A stretch of 64,000 nucleotides of DNA, taken from the IMG/VR virus record IMGVR_UViG_3300026484_000110. The stretch is one strand, 5' to 3'. The number at the start of each line of letters is the position of its first letter. The first letter of the stretch is position 1. Below the pieces are notes generated by a model that did not search any database, was not told where the DNA came from, and saw only the letters and a program-made list of their open reading frames with translations. The position numbers and the translations under genes are program-made. Below are positions 20,641 through 31,465 of the stretch, piece after piece. Source of the stretch: a virus.

Positions 20641-21084
20641 ATGTTAGAAGAAAATTTAAAGAATTTAAAGAAAGATCTTAGATTGTTATTTTCGAGTCTG
20701 AATAGAAATGAAAAAACAGCAATAATCAACTTTTTAGAGTCATTTGAAGATTTAAACAAGTTGGTAATTTTCAAGGAAGTCGATAAAATAAAAGAGATTA
20801 TAGAGGAAAACGACAATAAACACGGCTACCATTTTATTAAAGCGGGTGTAATCACTATGGCAAGTCTAGACGATGCTTTAAACGACTATAGGGTGTTTGA
20901 AAAGCTAGCAAGCATGTTGGAAGAATATTATAATTATGTCTTATCAATATCTACTAGAAATCCTTTACTAAAACCGTTACTACTCTATAAAGACTTCGAT
21001 ATTAGGACAGTTCTAGATGATGAGATAATGGTTTTTTTCCTCACTATGTTAATATTTGACAACATATTACCAAAAGAAATTTAA
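20641..21084 (+). CDS. Hypothetical protein
   Basis: ORF track; GGAGG SD. Confidence 0.7.
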   Translation: MLEENLKNLKKDLRLLFSSLNRNEKTAIINFLESFEDLNKLVIFKEVDKIKEIIEENDNKHGYHFIKAGVITMASLDDALNDYRVFEKLASMLEEYYNYVLSISTRNPLLKPLLLYKDFDIRTVLDDEIMVFFLTMLIFDNILPKEI

Positions 21085-21095
21085 AGGAGAATAAA

Positions 21096-21740
21096 ATGGC
21101 ATTAAGAGATAAAACAAAAGTACAAAAAGAAATTAAAATTAGAGAAAATGGTGTAGACATTCTAGATACATTACATCCTAAATTTGTAAAACCTTTTAAC
21201 AGCATTATAGGTAAAGTAAATAGTCTTGAAAATGCTTTGTTGTTTTTAAGTAGAGAATTCTTTCCAGTACAAAAACTAGATAAAGAATTATCACCAGGGT
21301 TAAGAAAGAAAATCTTTAGATCAAAAGTAAGATCTTTACCTAACTACTGGTACATAGTAGAATTAATTGCTACGGACAGAGTATTAATGGACAAAGCTAT
21401 TGTAAAGGAATTAATCTCTATTCCTGAAGTAGAAAAGACATATTTCAAAATCTACCACAAAATTAAAAAGGGTGTAATTGAAACTGAAGTAGAAAACGAA
21501 AAATTGAGAAGATTAGCAAAACAATATAAAATCATCACACTTAACATTCTGGATGTAGTTAAAGAAATGGAAATTAATCCAGATGAAATAACTGAATTAC
21601 CTCTTAAAGAGTATAAAGAATTTAAGAATAAAACAAAAGAAAAAATCTGGAATGACATAATAAAAAGAAAAGAAGGTAGAATAATGGAAAACATTTCTGA
21701 TGTTAGCGATGAGGATGTGTATAAGATATTTATGTCATAG
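21096..21740 (+). CDS. Hypothetical protein
   Basis: ORF track; AAGGAG SD. Confidence 0.7.
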   Translation: MALRDKTKVQKEIKIRENGVDILDTLHPKFVKPFNSIIGKVNSLENALLFLSREFFPVQKLDKELSPGLRKKIFRSKVRSLPNYWYIVELIATDRVLMDKAIVKELISIPEVEKTYFKIYHKIKKGVIETEVENEKLRRLAKQYKIITLNILDVVKEMEINPDEITELPLKEYKEFKNKTKEKIWNDIIKRKEGRIMENISDVSDEDVYKIFMS

Positions 21741-21763
21741 GTAGGTATTCCTACCTATGACAT
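21732..21763. terminator. Bidirectional terminator
   Basis: Perfect 14-bp stem ATGTCATAGGTAGG/CCTACCTATGACAT. Confidence 0.7.
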
Positions 21764-21765
21764 GT

Positions 21766-24700
21766 TTAAAATTGATGAGCATTAGCAGTAACTGGATGTG
21801 AAATTGGTGCATCCATTACTTTATTTTCTTTTTTATTTTTTACATTTTTATCAGTATTCTTTATTACATCTTTAGGATTGTCATTTGTAGTTAACATAGC
21901 TTTTTGCAATGTATAAATTCCTTTTAATACATTTAACATTTCATCTTGTACACTAACAGATCTTTCCAATATTTTAGTAGTTTTTTCAGAGTGCTTAGCT
22001 AAATCTTTTGTATCAACATTTATGTTAGTTGTATTTATAACAGGATTTTGTTGTACCATAGGTTTAGGCTGCGATATAGGACGTTTATTAATATCTGTTA
22101 AATCTGTTTTATTTATATTCATATTGTTTTTATTAATTTCTTTTGGTAAATATTCTTTTAAAATACCATTTATAGTATCTTTTCCGTCTATTCCTAGAGT
22201 ATCTACCATAGTGATTATTCTATTTAATAAATTTTTACCTTTTTCTGTAGTTACTTTACTCGCTATTGCTGATAAATCATCGGTATTGCCAGTTGTGTAA
22301 TATTTATCCACAGCCTCTTTAATAATTTTCACATCTGAGATAAATTTAGGATCTAATTTTTTAGTAGTAGGTTTATTATTTAATTTTATATTCTTACTTA
22401 TATTCTCTTTTTGTTTTTCTAACTTACTAGTAGTTGTTTTTTTATTTGTTTGTTTTTTATCAGCATTCTTTTCTGCTTTTTCTTCTTCTTTCTTAACTAG
22501 TTCTTCATCAGGTTTAATAGGCTCACCTGTTTCTGGATCAACGGCAGGTTCATCATCTTTAAATATATCAAAACCTAAAATCTGTTTAGATACAGCTGAT
22601 TTAAAATCTAACTTATCGTGTAACATATAGTAACCTATTTTAGCAGCATCATATGCTAATAAGGCCCATCCTGCAAACGGTACAAACCTAGCTGCTATTT
22701 TACCTACTAGTTTAGCACCTGCTTTTACGCCTAACTTTTTAATAACACGTTTTTTAAGTATACTCAGAAAGTTTTTAATTTTATTTACTAACCCTGTTTT
22801 AGATAGTTTACTAACTGTATTTCCAACAGCCTTACCTATTTTTGTATTTGCTATTTTACTACCGACTGATTTAATAACCGCTGTAGTTCTACTGCCTATA
22901 TTTTTAACAAAGTCTACAGATTTAGTAGCTACATTTTTCACCATGTTTACAGCACCGGATACACCAGGTATTTTCATTACTAGATTTTTAAGACCAGATA
23001 AGGTGTTTCCTACACCGCTTATAATAAAGTTACCTAAACTAGTAATACCAGACAATAACTTACTACCTAACCATTTTATAGGTTCCCAAAAAATAGTTTT
23101 TAATCCTTTTAATAATAACTTACCTGTACCGGAAATAATAGATTTAAATTTACCACCTATTAATGCTACTAATGGTAAAATCCATTTCATATAACCGTTG
23201 TCCTTCTCTTTTATTTTATTTGTTATATTAATTCCTGTATCTGTTTTATCTTTCTTTTTAAATAAATTTAATCTATCTTTCCAATTACCATCTCTATCGC
23301 CATCACCATCTTTATCGAATGGATTTATTTTTCTATTAGTAGTTTCTTTAGTTTTGTTTTTTATTTCTTTTACCAAATTGTCAGTGGTTTTAGTTAACTT
23401 ATCTATTTTCTTTTCAATAGTTTTTTCTTCTCCACTAGTTTCCGTTACGATACCCTTAATTTTATTTTTAACAGTATTTAGTTTTCCTTTATAAAAGTTT
23501 TTTAACTTACCTATTTTACTAATATCTACTTGTCCTACGTTATCTTTATCCAATTCTATTTTCTCTTTAGGTATTTCTTTTTTAGTTTCTTTTATTTCAT
23601 TATTTTTAAGTATTCCGTCTTTTCTTAGTCCTACTAAATCTTTTCCTGCTTTGTATAAATTACCATATAGTTCTCTTGTAGCTTTACCAGTAGTAACTGC
23701 TGTACCAAAAAATGTTTTACCACCGAATTTGACTAATTCTTTTACCGTAGGTAATTTAAACTTACCATCTTTGAAAAATAATTCTTTACCTTCCTTACCT
23801 ATTAATTTAAAATTATCTATAAATATTCTACCAGTCGATTTAAAAGAATTTAATATATCTTTTGTAAACTTTTTAAATCTATCTGAAAACTGTAATGTAA
23901 ATTTATTATGTAAATTACCAAATAATTCTTTAGTTTTAGCTGTAGTATCTAACATGCCTTCTTGTACTTTAACAATAGCAGATGAATGCAATTTTGACAT
24001 TTTATCTAAGAATTCACCATCTTTATTCATTTCTTTTAATAAATTACCAGTAGGATCCAAAGTATTAATGACAGTAGTATATAGTTTTGCAGCTTCCTCT
24101 TTATTAGTAGGCATAGGTTTACCTGCTAACAATGTTTCAATAGCTTCTTCTAACTTACCATCTTTAATTAATTTCTCAGTATTAGCTAAAACATCTTCGA
24201 CTGATACATTTTTACTTTTATTAGTCATGGAGTTAAATAATGCTGATAGTTTACTACCTATTGAACTGGCTTTGCTAGTTAATTTATCAAATATGCCTTC
24301 ATCTCTAAATTTACTTAAGTTATCTTCAGCTTTTTTAATATCCAAATCCTCTACTTTTATTTCGACTGTCTCTACCTTTGGTTTTATGCTTTTAATAATT
24401 TTTTCTTTATTTTCCTCTACGTTAGATTTTATATTAGGTTTTTTGATAACAGTTTCATTTTCAATATGTTCTTCAGTATTCTTATTATGCTGTTTAGATT
24501 CAGTATTTGGTATTTTAGTTACATTTGTTAATTTATTAAATTTATTTAGAACATCATTTTTAATTTTATCACCATGAGTATCAGATATATCCTTAATGGC
24601 TTCTTTTAACTCAGATTTTTTCTTATGTTCAGTAATTTCATTTTTTATATCTGATTTTAAATTTTCTATTTTTGTATTTAGTGGTTCTGAATTATGGCTA

Positions 24701-26973
24701 ACTTCTTTAGCTTTTTCTTTTATAGCTTCGATATGTGAAAGTATCTTTCTTTCTTCTATATTAGGCTTAATTTTGTCTTCTTTATTATCAGCAACACCTT
24801 CAATATTTTCTTTAACTGTTTTTATTTCTTTAGGAATATTTCTTTTAGCATCCTCTATAAAATTATTAGTTTTTTCTTTTATGTTTTCTTTACTAAATTT
24901 TGTTTTAATAAATTTTTTAGGTTTCTCAATAATTGTTTTCTTAATATTTTCGAATTTTTGATTTAATAATTCATTTACTGTTTTTGGTTCATTTTCTTCT
25001 TGTTTAAAATTAATATTATTTAGATCTATTTTATTTAGACCTAGCTTGGTATGTTTGCTTACCATATCTAATAATCTATTAGTTTCTATAGTATTACCAT
25101 CATCTGTTATAAGACCCAATTCTTCTAATAGATCCGTTCTACCTAATTCGCTTAATCTTTTAGCAGCAATACCTATAGCCATTGCATTTGTATCAATACT
25201 TTGTGTAATATTTTCTAATTTACTTTTTACTTCATCATTTATCTTATTTGTTTCATAATTTATATTTTCTTCATAATGTTTTAGTACTTTTTCAATTTTA
25301 TTTTTAGTTTCTTCGTCTTTTATTTTATCCAGCAATCCTTCTTCTCTCATCAATCTTAGGTTTGATGATTTGCCTTCTTTTAAATATTCTGTTAAACCTT
25401 TTAATAATTCTTTTTTATCCTTATCCGTAAGGTCTTTATTAATGTCAAAAGCTTTAAATATTGTATCTTTACTATAATCTAAAGATTGTAATGCATATTT
25501 ACTAGCATCTTTAGTATATTTCATAAACTCACGTTTTAATCTTTTCGTAGTAGTGAATTTATTTTTATCGTAATCGTATACTAATTCATCTCTGAATTTC
25601 TTAATACCAAAATGTGCTCTAATACTAGTTATTTCGTTTAATATCTTACTTAAAAAAGTAGGTATTACAGAAGTAATTGCCTTATGCGCTTTATTATCGA
25701 AAATGGCAGGTTCATCTGGTTTAGATGTTGTTAAGCTAATATTATTTTTAGTGGAATCTAAAGAATACGAAATTGTTCGCAGTATATCTGATGTAAATCC
25801 TGCTAACGCGCCTTCCTTACTAGCTAGTTTATCAGCTGTCTTTTCTAGAACAGTGCTCGGATTACTAGTTAAAGCTGAAATTTTATCATATAGTTTAGCG
25901 CCTATTTTTGTTCTACCTGCTATACTACCTATACCTGATACTGCTTTTTTTGTTGCAGTATCTAAGACCGGTGATAATCCCATTTGTAAATACATTTGTT
26001 GCTGAGTCATACCCATCATCTCAGCATTCTCTCTTAACATTTCTTTTGTTTCAACACTTTGTTGTAACGCTCCGGTCAAAGTACCTATTTTTTCTGTTAG
26101 AAGATTTTTTGTATTTTCTGTTAAATTCTTTACAAATTGACTACCAGTCACCCGGTTATAAATATTACCAGATAATTCTGATTTAATTTTATGTTCTAAA
26201 TATTCTTTATTTTTTACTTTAACCATATCTGGTAAAGCTGTATTTTTCACAATGGCTTCTAATTGCTTACCTTTAGCAGGTAAATCGGTTTTAAATAAAT
26301 CGTATATTTTGGATAAATAAAATACTGATTGAAATTGTAACTCTAATGATTTTTTATAATATGTACTAGTAACAGTAGATAAAAAATTAACTATTTTATT
26401 GTTAGAAGATAAAGTCATTTTTTCAATATTATTATTGGTTTCTAATTGCTGTGCTTGAATATTTGAAAATAATGATTCTACCTTGTTCTTAGCAATGTCT
26501 TCCGGGGTTTCTGTTTTAGTATAACTAAAACCGTTGTCTTCTTCAACATCTAATGCTGATCTAACTTTAGATATTAATTTACCCAACATACTATCTTCGG
26601 AGTATTTTTCTTTTAAACTATCTAATTTATCTCCATAGCTCTTATTAAGGACTTCTTTTAATGGTTTTAAAGATTCATTAACTGTATCCTTAATTTCTGA
26701 TATAGAAGAAATAGTAGTATCGAGCGTATCTCCCAATTCATTAGGTAAGGAATCTACCAATGATTCCTTTACCCTATTAGCTAAATTGTTAACACTCATT
26801 TCCTCTTTTAATACTTTTTTGGTATCTTTTAATATTTTAGTTATCGGTTGTCTATCATTGGTATCTAGTTCTTCTGTTTCTTCTTCAAAAGGATCTTCGT
26901 CTAATAGCTTATCTAATTCGTCTAACCCGTCGTCCATATAATCGATATTTAACTCATTATCTTTATCAGCCAT
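21766..26973 (-). CDS. Tape-measure-like large tail protein (phiKZ gp181 position)
   Basis: 1735 aa, helical and low complexity, with Gly/Ala/Lys amphipathic and hydrophobic segments and DKDGDGDRDGNW; lies near the virion beta' gene as gp181 does in phiKZ. Confidence 0.6.
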   Translation of the reverse strand: MADKDNELNIDYMDDGLDELDKLLDEDPFEEETEELDTNDRQPITKILKDTKKVLKEEMSVNNLANRVKESLVDSLPNELGDTLDTTISSISEIKDTVNESLKPLKEVLNKSYGDKLDSLKEKYSEDSMLGKLISKVRSALDVEEDNGFSYTKTETPEDIAKNKVESLFSNIQAQQLETNNNIEKMTLSSNNKIVNFLSTVTSTYYKKSLELQFQSVFYLSKIYDLFKTDLPAKGKQLEAIVKNTALPDMVKVKNKEYLEHKIKSELSGNIYNRVTGSQFVKNLTENTKNLLTEKIGTLTGALQQSVETKEMLRENAEMMGMTQQQMYLQMGLSPVLDTATKKAVSGIGSIAGRTKIGAKLYDKISALTSNPSTVLEKTADKLASKEGALAGFTSDILRTISYSLDSTKNNISLTTSKPDEPAIFDNKAHKAITSVIPTFLSKILNEITSIRAHFGIKKFRDELVYDYDKNKFTTTKRLKREFMKYTKDASKYALQSLDYSKDTIFKAFDINKDLTDKDKKELLKGLTEYLKEGKSSNLRLMREEGLLDKIKDEETKNKIEKVLKHYEENINYETNKINDEVKSKLENITQSIDTNAMAIGIAAKRLSELGRTDLLEELGLITDDGNTIETNRLLDMVSKHTKLGLNKIDLNNINFKQEENEPKTVNELLNQKFENIKKTIIEKPKKFIKTKFSKENIKEKTNNFIEDAKRNIPKEIKTVKENIEGVADNKEDKIKPNIEERKILSHIEAIKEKAKEVSHNSEPLNTKIENLKSDIKNEITEHKKKSELKEAIKDISDTHGDKIKNDVLNKFNKLTNVTKIPNTESKQHNKNTEEHIENETVIKKPNIKSNVEENKEKIIKSIKPKVETVEIKVEDLDIKKAEDNLSKFRDEGIFDKLTSKASSIGSKLSALFNSMTNKSKNVSVEDVLANTEKLIKDGKLEEAIETLLAGKPMPTNKEEAAKLYTTVINTLDPTGNLLKEMNKDGEFLDKMSKLHSSAIVKVQEGMLDTTAKTKELFGNLHNKFTLQFSDRFKKFTKDILNSFKSTGRIFIDNFKLIGKEGKELFFKDGKFKLPTVKELVKFGGKTFFGTAVTTGKATRELYGNLYKAGKDLVGLRKDGILKNNEIKETKKEIPKEKIELDKDNVGQVDISKIGKLKNFYKGKLNTVKNKIKGIVTETSGEEKTIEKKIDKLTKTTDNLVKEIKNKTKETTNRKINPFDKDGDGDRDGNWKDRLNLFKKKDKTDTGINITNKIKEKDNGYMKWILPLVALIGGKFKSIISGTGKLLLKGLKTIFWEPIKWLGSKLLSGITSLGNFIISGVGNTLSGLKNLVMKIPGVSGAVNMVKNVATKSVDFVKNIGSRTTAVIKSVGSKIANTKIGKAVGNTVSKLSKTGLVNKIKNFLSILKKRVIKKLGVKAGAKLVGKIAARFVPFAGWALLAYDAAKIGYYMLHDKLDFKSAVSKQILGFDIFKDDEPAVDPETGEPIKPDEELVKKEEEKAEKNADKKQTNKKTTTSKLEKQKENISKNIKLNNKPTTKKLDPKFISDVKIIKEAVDKYYTTGNTDDLSAIASKVTTEKGKNLLNRIITMVDTLGIDGKDTINGILKEYLPKEINKNNMNINKTDLTDINKRPISQPKPMVQQNPVINTTNINVDTKDLAKHSEKTTKILERSVSVQDEMLNVLKGIYTLQKAMLTTNDNPKDVIKNTDKNVKNKKENKVMDAPISHPVTANAHQF

Positions 26974-27057
26974 TTTGTTCTCCTTACATATCTGTCGTTC
27001 ATTTCAACTAGATTTTTTCTTTGTATTATTATACGTGAAATATCAAAAGGAGGAAAC

Positions 27058-27600
27058 ATGTATATTAATAATCTAAATTTACAGATAGTGAATAGATATC
27101 ATACTGAAAATGGTAAAAGTATTAAGTTAGTAGAAAAAGATAAATTAGTATTAACTTTACATTTAACAGAACAAATAAGTACATTTGCAAAAACAAACTT
27201 TGTTATTAATATAGATCTTTTATTTATAACGGATACAGATAACAATATTTTAGTTAAATATTTAGACCATTTGGAACATAATCTTAAATTGTTATTACTA
27301 GGTCTAAATATACCTGATGAAAAAATTAAAAAATTTAAACATAAAACTAAAGTAAGGATTAGTCCTAAAATTACTAAAATTCTTAAAGGTATCTTGACAG
27401 GATTTCCAAAGACACCTATCACCGATAACAAATTTAAACAAATAGAAAACGAATATAGAAATAGTGAAATATCGGAATCTACTTACAAAAAATACAAAAA
27501 TAGAAATATTACAAATGTCTATTATTTATTAGGTAGAATAGATGGATTAAGATATAATGCTATAGAAAATATGGAAAAAATTAGAAATACAATAGGTTAG
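27058..27600 (+). CDS. Hypothetical protein
   Basis: ORF track; GGAGG SD. Confidence 0.7.
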   Translation: MYINNLNLQIVNRYHTENGKSIKLVEKDKLVLTLHLTEQISTFAKTNFVINIDLLFITDTDNNILVKYLDHLEHNLKLLLLGLNIPDEKIKKFKHKTKVRISPKITKILKGILTGFPKTPITDNKFKQIENEYRNSEISESTYKKYKNRNITNVYYLLGRIDGLRYNAIENMEKIRNTIG

Positions 27601-27627
27601 GATGAAAAAATACTATAAAGGAAAATT

Positions 27628-29253
27628 ATGAAAAATACGACATTTAAACCAAAAATACCTTTTAATATAGAATTATTAATACTCACAACAGATCTTATAA
27701 AGTATCTAGGCGAAGTAAAGTCTAAAGATACATATGAACAAAATTCTACTGTCTTTAAAGAAGACGGTCTATTCTCGTCTACAATTTTTGGTCCTAAAGG
27801 TAGCAGAGAAAGAATGGAGAAATTCGGATATATAGATTTACACATTCCGGTATTTCATCCGTTAATTTATAGACATCTAATTAGCTTAGAATCTCTATAT
27901 AAAGGAATATTAGATGGTAGCAAATATGCTATCTGGGATGATAAAATTAAAAACTTTTTACCTGCTGATAAAACAACAGGTGAAACTGGTTATAACTTTT
28001 TTATTAAGCATTTTGACGAGATTAAATTTAGAGAAACAGATTCTGATTTAAGAAAAAATAAAATAAACTTTATTAAGAAATACAAAGCTAAAGATGTTTT
28101 AATAAGTAAATATTTAGTAATTCCTGCAGGCATGAGAGATAGAACTGAATTACCAAACGGTAAAATACTAGAAGATGAAATAAACAATCTATATAGAAAA
28201 TTATTAACAGTAGCTAATACTGCAAAGAGATTTAGAATTGATGCAAAAGACAATCCTATAATAAATACTGTTAAAAACAGACTACAAAAAGCAGTATTAG
28301 ATATTTATGAATATATAGAAAACATATTATCTGGTAAAGAAGGTTTTATACAAGGTAAGTGGACTAAAAGAACAATCACGTATGGTACAAGAAACGTAAT
28401 TACAGCCTTACCTATAAAAATAAGACATAATAAACAACCTAATAGACCAAAAATGGACCACACAGTAATAGGTATATTTCAATTTGCTAAAGCAATTACA
28501 CCAGTTACTATTTATCAAATACGTACTAAATTTTTAAATAGAGTATTTGACCAAAATAGTAATATGAGCTATTTATATAACAAAAAGACTCTTGAAAAGG
28601 AAATGGTAGAAATTAGTGAAAAAACAAGAAGTAACTGGATAACAGATGAAGGCTTGGAAAATACTATTAATAAATTATCACAAGACGAAATTAAAAGATC
28701 TCCTATTATTGTAGATGACCATTATATGTTTCTTTTATACGACGATGGTAAGAATATTGAATTAATAGATGATGTAAACAGTTTACCATATACATATAAT
28801 AAAAAATACATAAGACCTATGACTTATATAGAATTGTTATATCTTGCCTTATATGACGTAGCAGATAGATATCCAGGATTTGTTACTAGATATCCGATTA
28901 CAGGTTTAGGTTCGGTGTATCCTACTAAATTCTATATAAAAGTAAATTTAAATCCTAGAGTAGTAAACCTAAGGTTACATGGTCAGGCCGAAGGTGTAAC
29001 GTTATACGAATATCCTAACTTGAATGAACCATTCTTTTCATCTATGTCTCCGCATATTACGCATCTAGATAGATTAGATGCTGACTTTGATGGTGATAAA
29101 ATGTCCGCTAACGTAGTAATGGAAGAAGAATCTATAGAAGAACTAGAAAACATATTGAATAGTGCTAAATATTATCTGGACGAAAATGGTAAACTAATAT
29201 ACAGTGCTAGTAATGATATTTCTAATTTAACATTAAAAATATTTACAGAGTAG
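27628..29253 (+). CDS. Virion RNA polymerase beta' N-terminal subunit (phiKZ gp180-like), intron-free
   Basis: GLFSSTIFG, GYIDLHIPVFHP, IPAGMRD, RTITYGTRNVIT and intact catalytic DADFDGD. Confidence 0.9.
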   Translation: MKNTTFKPKIPFNIELLILTTDLIKYLGEVKSKDTYEQNSTVFKEDGLFSSTIFGPKGSRERMEKFGYIDLHIPVFHPLIYRHLISLESLYKGILDGSKYAIWDDKIKNFLPADKTTGETGYNFFIKHFDEIKFRETDSDLRKNKINFIKKYKAKDVLISKYLVIPAGMRDRTELPNGKILEDEINNLYRKLLTVANTAKRFRIDAKDNPIINTVKNRLQKAVLDIYEYIENILSGKEGFIQGKWTKRTITYGTRNVITALPIKIRHNKQPNRPKMDHTVIGIFQFAKAITPVTIYQIRTKFLNRVFDQNSNMSYLYNKKTLEKEMVEISEKTRSNWITDEGLENTINKLSQDEIKRSPIIVDDHYMFLLYDDGKNIELIDDVNSLPYTYNKKYIRPMTYIELLYLALYDVADRYPGFVTRYPITGLGSVYPTKFYIKVNLNPRVVNLRLHGQAEGVTLYEYPNLNEPFFSSMSPHITHLDRLDADFDGDKMSANVVMEEESIEELENILNSAKYYLDENGKLIYSASNDISNLTLKIFTE

Positions 29254-29302
29254 AGGTATATTGATACCTCTACTGAATGAATCTTTTTTAAAGGAGAATT
29301 AA

Positions 29303-29674
29303 ATGTTTCACTTATACAACGAAATAGGATTAGAAATATGTCAAACTAGTATTCAGGATCTAGAGAAGATATTTATTAAATATGCCGGTTTCATCTCGAG
29401 CATAGAAAGTATTGATTCTAGACTATTAAAAGAAATACTAGAAACAATGTTAAAATGGAAACTTAAATCTGCTTCCAAAACATTGGATAAACTATTTATA
29501 CTAGAAAAACAACTATTTAATCCGGAAGGAGTTCCTATCAGTTTTAAAGAATCTATGATTCAAATACTAAAAATAAAAAAGAATTGGTGGAATAACGGTG
29601 GTATTATAAAATTTGCGTTATTATCTAAATCTGGTAAATGGATTACATATTACTTAAAAATAGATTATATTTAA
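29303..29674 (+). CDS. Hypothetical protein
   Basis: ORF track; AAGGAG SD. Confidence 0.7.
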   Translation: MFHLYNEIGLEICQTSIQDLEKIFIKYAGFISSIESIDSRLLKEILETMLKWKLKSASKTLDKLFILEKQLFNPEGVPISFKESMIQILKIKKNWWNNGGIIKFALLSKSGKWITYYLKIDYI

Positions 29675-29735
29675 CATTCAACTTTCTTTATTTATATATT
29701 GTTAAGACGTAATAAAAAAATAAAAGGAGTATGAA

Positions 29736-30623
29736 ATGGCTAAAATAAAAATCTATACACATGAGGGTATTTTTCACGCAGATGAAGTAACTGCTTGTGC
29801 GCTAATAAAATGTTTTTATGCCAAAGATGAAGATGAAGTTTATATCGAAAGAGTAAACCATAATAAATTTACTGGTAAAGAATTAAAAGAGTTAGGTTTA
29901 AAAACAGCCGATGAGGTATTTATAGTAGATGTAGGTAGAGACCATAATGCTGCACAACTTATGTTCGATCATCATCAATGGGGATCTGAAAATGGGTTAG
30001 CTGCGGCCGGTCTTGTCTACAAATGGTTAAAAGAGCAAAATCTAATTCCAAGATTTATTATCCCAGAATTAGACAAAATAATTAACATTGTAGATTTACA
30101 CGATGTAGGGCAAAGAAAAGCTTTACCAGGAGAATTACCTTATATTGTATCGAAATATAACGCTGAAGACCCATATGGTAAGGAACAAGTAAATAATTTT
30201 AATACTGCTGTTAATATTGTTTATAAAGTGTTTTCTAGTCTTAAAAGAAAAGGAGAAAAATTACCAGAAATTGAAAATAGGATATTAAACGAAAGTACTT
30301 TTATAGACGATCTAACTAAACAAACAAATAAAGGAGATCCGAACAGAGTACTTGAATTTTCAAAAGGTTTTATACCATTCTGGAACGAAGTACTCCCTGT
30401 GTTAAAAAGACCGTATACTATGGTAGACATAGTAATCTGGTATGATGAAAAACGTGATACCTGGAAAGCACAAACAGTACCGACTATACCAGGTGATTTC
30501 GATAAAAGAGGGAGAATTTTAATAGATAAAGATGTACCTGGTAAAATCTTTATAAATAAAAATGGATTCTTTGCAGTATTCGATACTAAAGAAAATTTAG
30601 TAAATTATTTAAAATCTCTTTAA
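29736..30623 (+). CDS. MYG1 (UPF0160) family DHH-like exonuclease
   Basis: THEGIFHADEV, VDVG, FDHHQ, AAAGLVY and VDLHDVG. Confidence 0.85.
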   Translation: MAKIKIYTHEGIFHADEVTACALIKCFYAKDEDEVYIERVNHNKFTGKELKELGLKTADEVFIVDVGRDHNAAQLMFDHHQWGSENGLAAAGLVYKWLKEQNLIPRFIIPELDKIINIVDLHDVGQRKALPGELPYIVSKYNAEDPYGKEQVNNFNTAVNIVYKVFSSLKRKGEKLPEIENRILNESTFIDDLTKQTNKGDPNRVLEFSKGFIPFWNEVLPVLKRPYTMVDIVIWYDEKRDTWKAQTVPTIPGDFDKRGRILIDKDVPGKIFINKNGFFAVFDTKENLVNYLKSL

Positions 30624-30700
30624 TCCCTCCTCTTCTTTTTTTCTAAACTATTTTACCTATATATTATTTAAACGTAGAAAACAAATCAAAAGGAGTCTAT

Positions 30701-31120
30701 ATGAAAACGTTAGTAAGATTTAAAGTAGAAAAAGAAGAATTTATTCCGGAATTTATAGAAGGTCCAGTCCTAGATATTGAAAACTATAAAGGTTTTATTA
30801 AACAAACTATGGGTTATGATCTTTTACATTCAACCTTACCAAGATTTAGGGATTATCGTTTATCTGCTTTGGTGGAACACAATATAAAACCTCATAAAGG
30901 GGATTTTTTGGAATATGAAAAACATTTAGCGGGAGATCTAACGGCAATAGTAATAGTTAAATCCCTAAAAATAAAAGACAACAAAAAAATAGTCCTTGAC
31001 GTAGTAGAAAAGCATGTAATTACATTATTCGAAATGGACAACATTGATTTCTCGGATACAGCGTTCTTCGAAAAAATAAATAAAGAAATAAGGACCCTAT
31101 CATGTTTAGTAACACAATAG
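30701..31120 (+). CDS. Hypothetical protein
   Basis: ORF track; promoter motif and SD upstream. Confidence 0.7.
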   Translation: MKTLVRFKVEKEEFIPEFIEGPVLDIENYKGFIKQTMGYDLLHSTLPRFRDYRLSALVEHNIKPHKGDFLEYEKHLAGDLTAIVIVKSLKIKDNKKIVLDVVEKHVITLFEMDNIDFSDTAFFEKINKEIRTLSCLVTQ

Positions 31121-31166
31121 CTAAAATCGAATATTTAATATCGAAGTACTAGAAAGGAAATAAGAA

Positions 31167-31445
31167 ATGAAAGTAGTTTTAATAAAAGATTATGATAAAT
31201 GTAGATTAAATTTATGTCTATTAACAGGCGATAGTAAAAACACCATTTATTATCTATCAGTTGCTAAAGGTGATCCATTATACGCGGCTATTCCGTTGTT
31301 AACAGACATAGAATCTTTTAATAGATTAACCAACCAAAAAAATGTAAAGGTAGAAGAATTGGATTGGAAGATAAACGATATAAGAGAATTCTCATTAAGA
31401 GCATTCAAATATCTTAAAACTTCATCATTACCATGTGAAGAATAA
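31167..31445 (+). CDS. Hypothetical protein
   Basis: ORF track. Confidence 0.65.
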   Translation: MKVVLIKDYDKCRLNLCLLTGDSKNTIYYLSVAKGDPLYAAIPLLTDIESFNRLTNQKNVKVEELDWKINDIREFSLRAFKYLKTSSLPCEE

Positions 31446-31465
31446 AAAATAAAAAGGAGTCTAAA

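Noticed and set aside
22022-26186. Multiple plus-strand ORFs, including the 308-aa ORF at 23651
   Set aside because: Antisense shadows of the Lys/Asn/Glu-rich tail gene; F/L/S/I-rich and without SDs.
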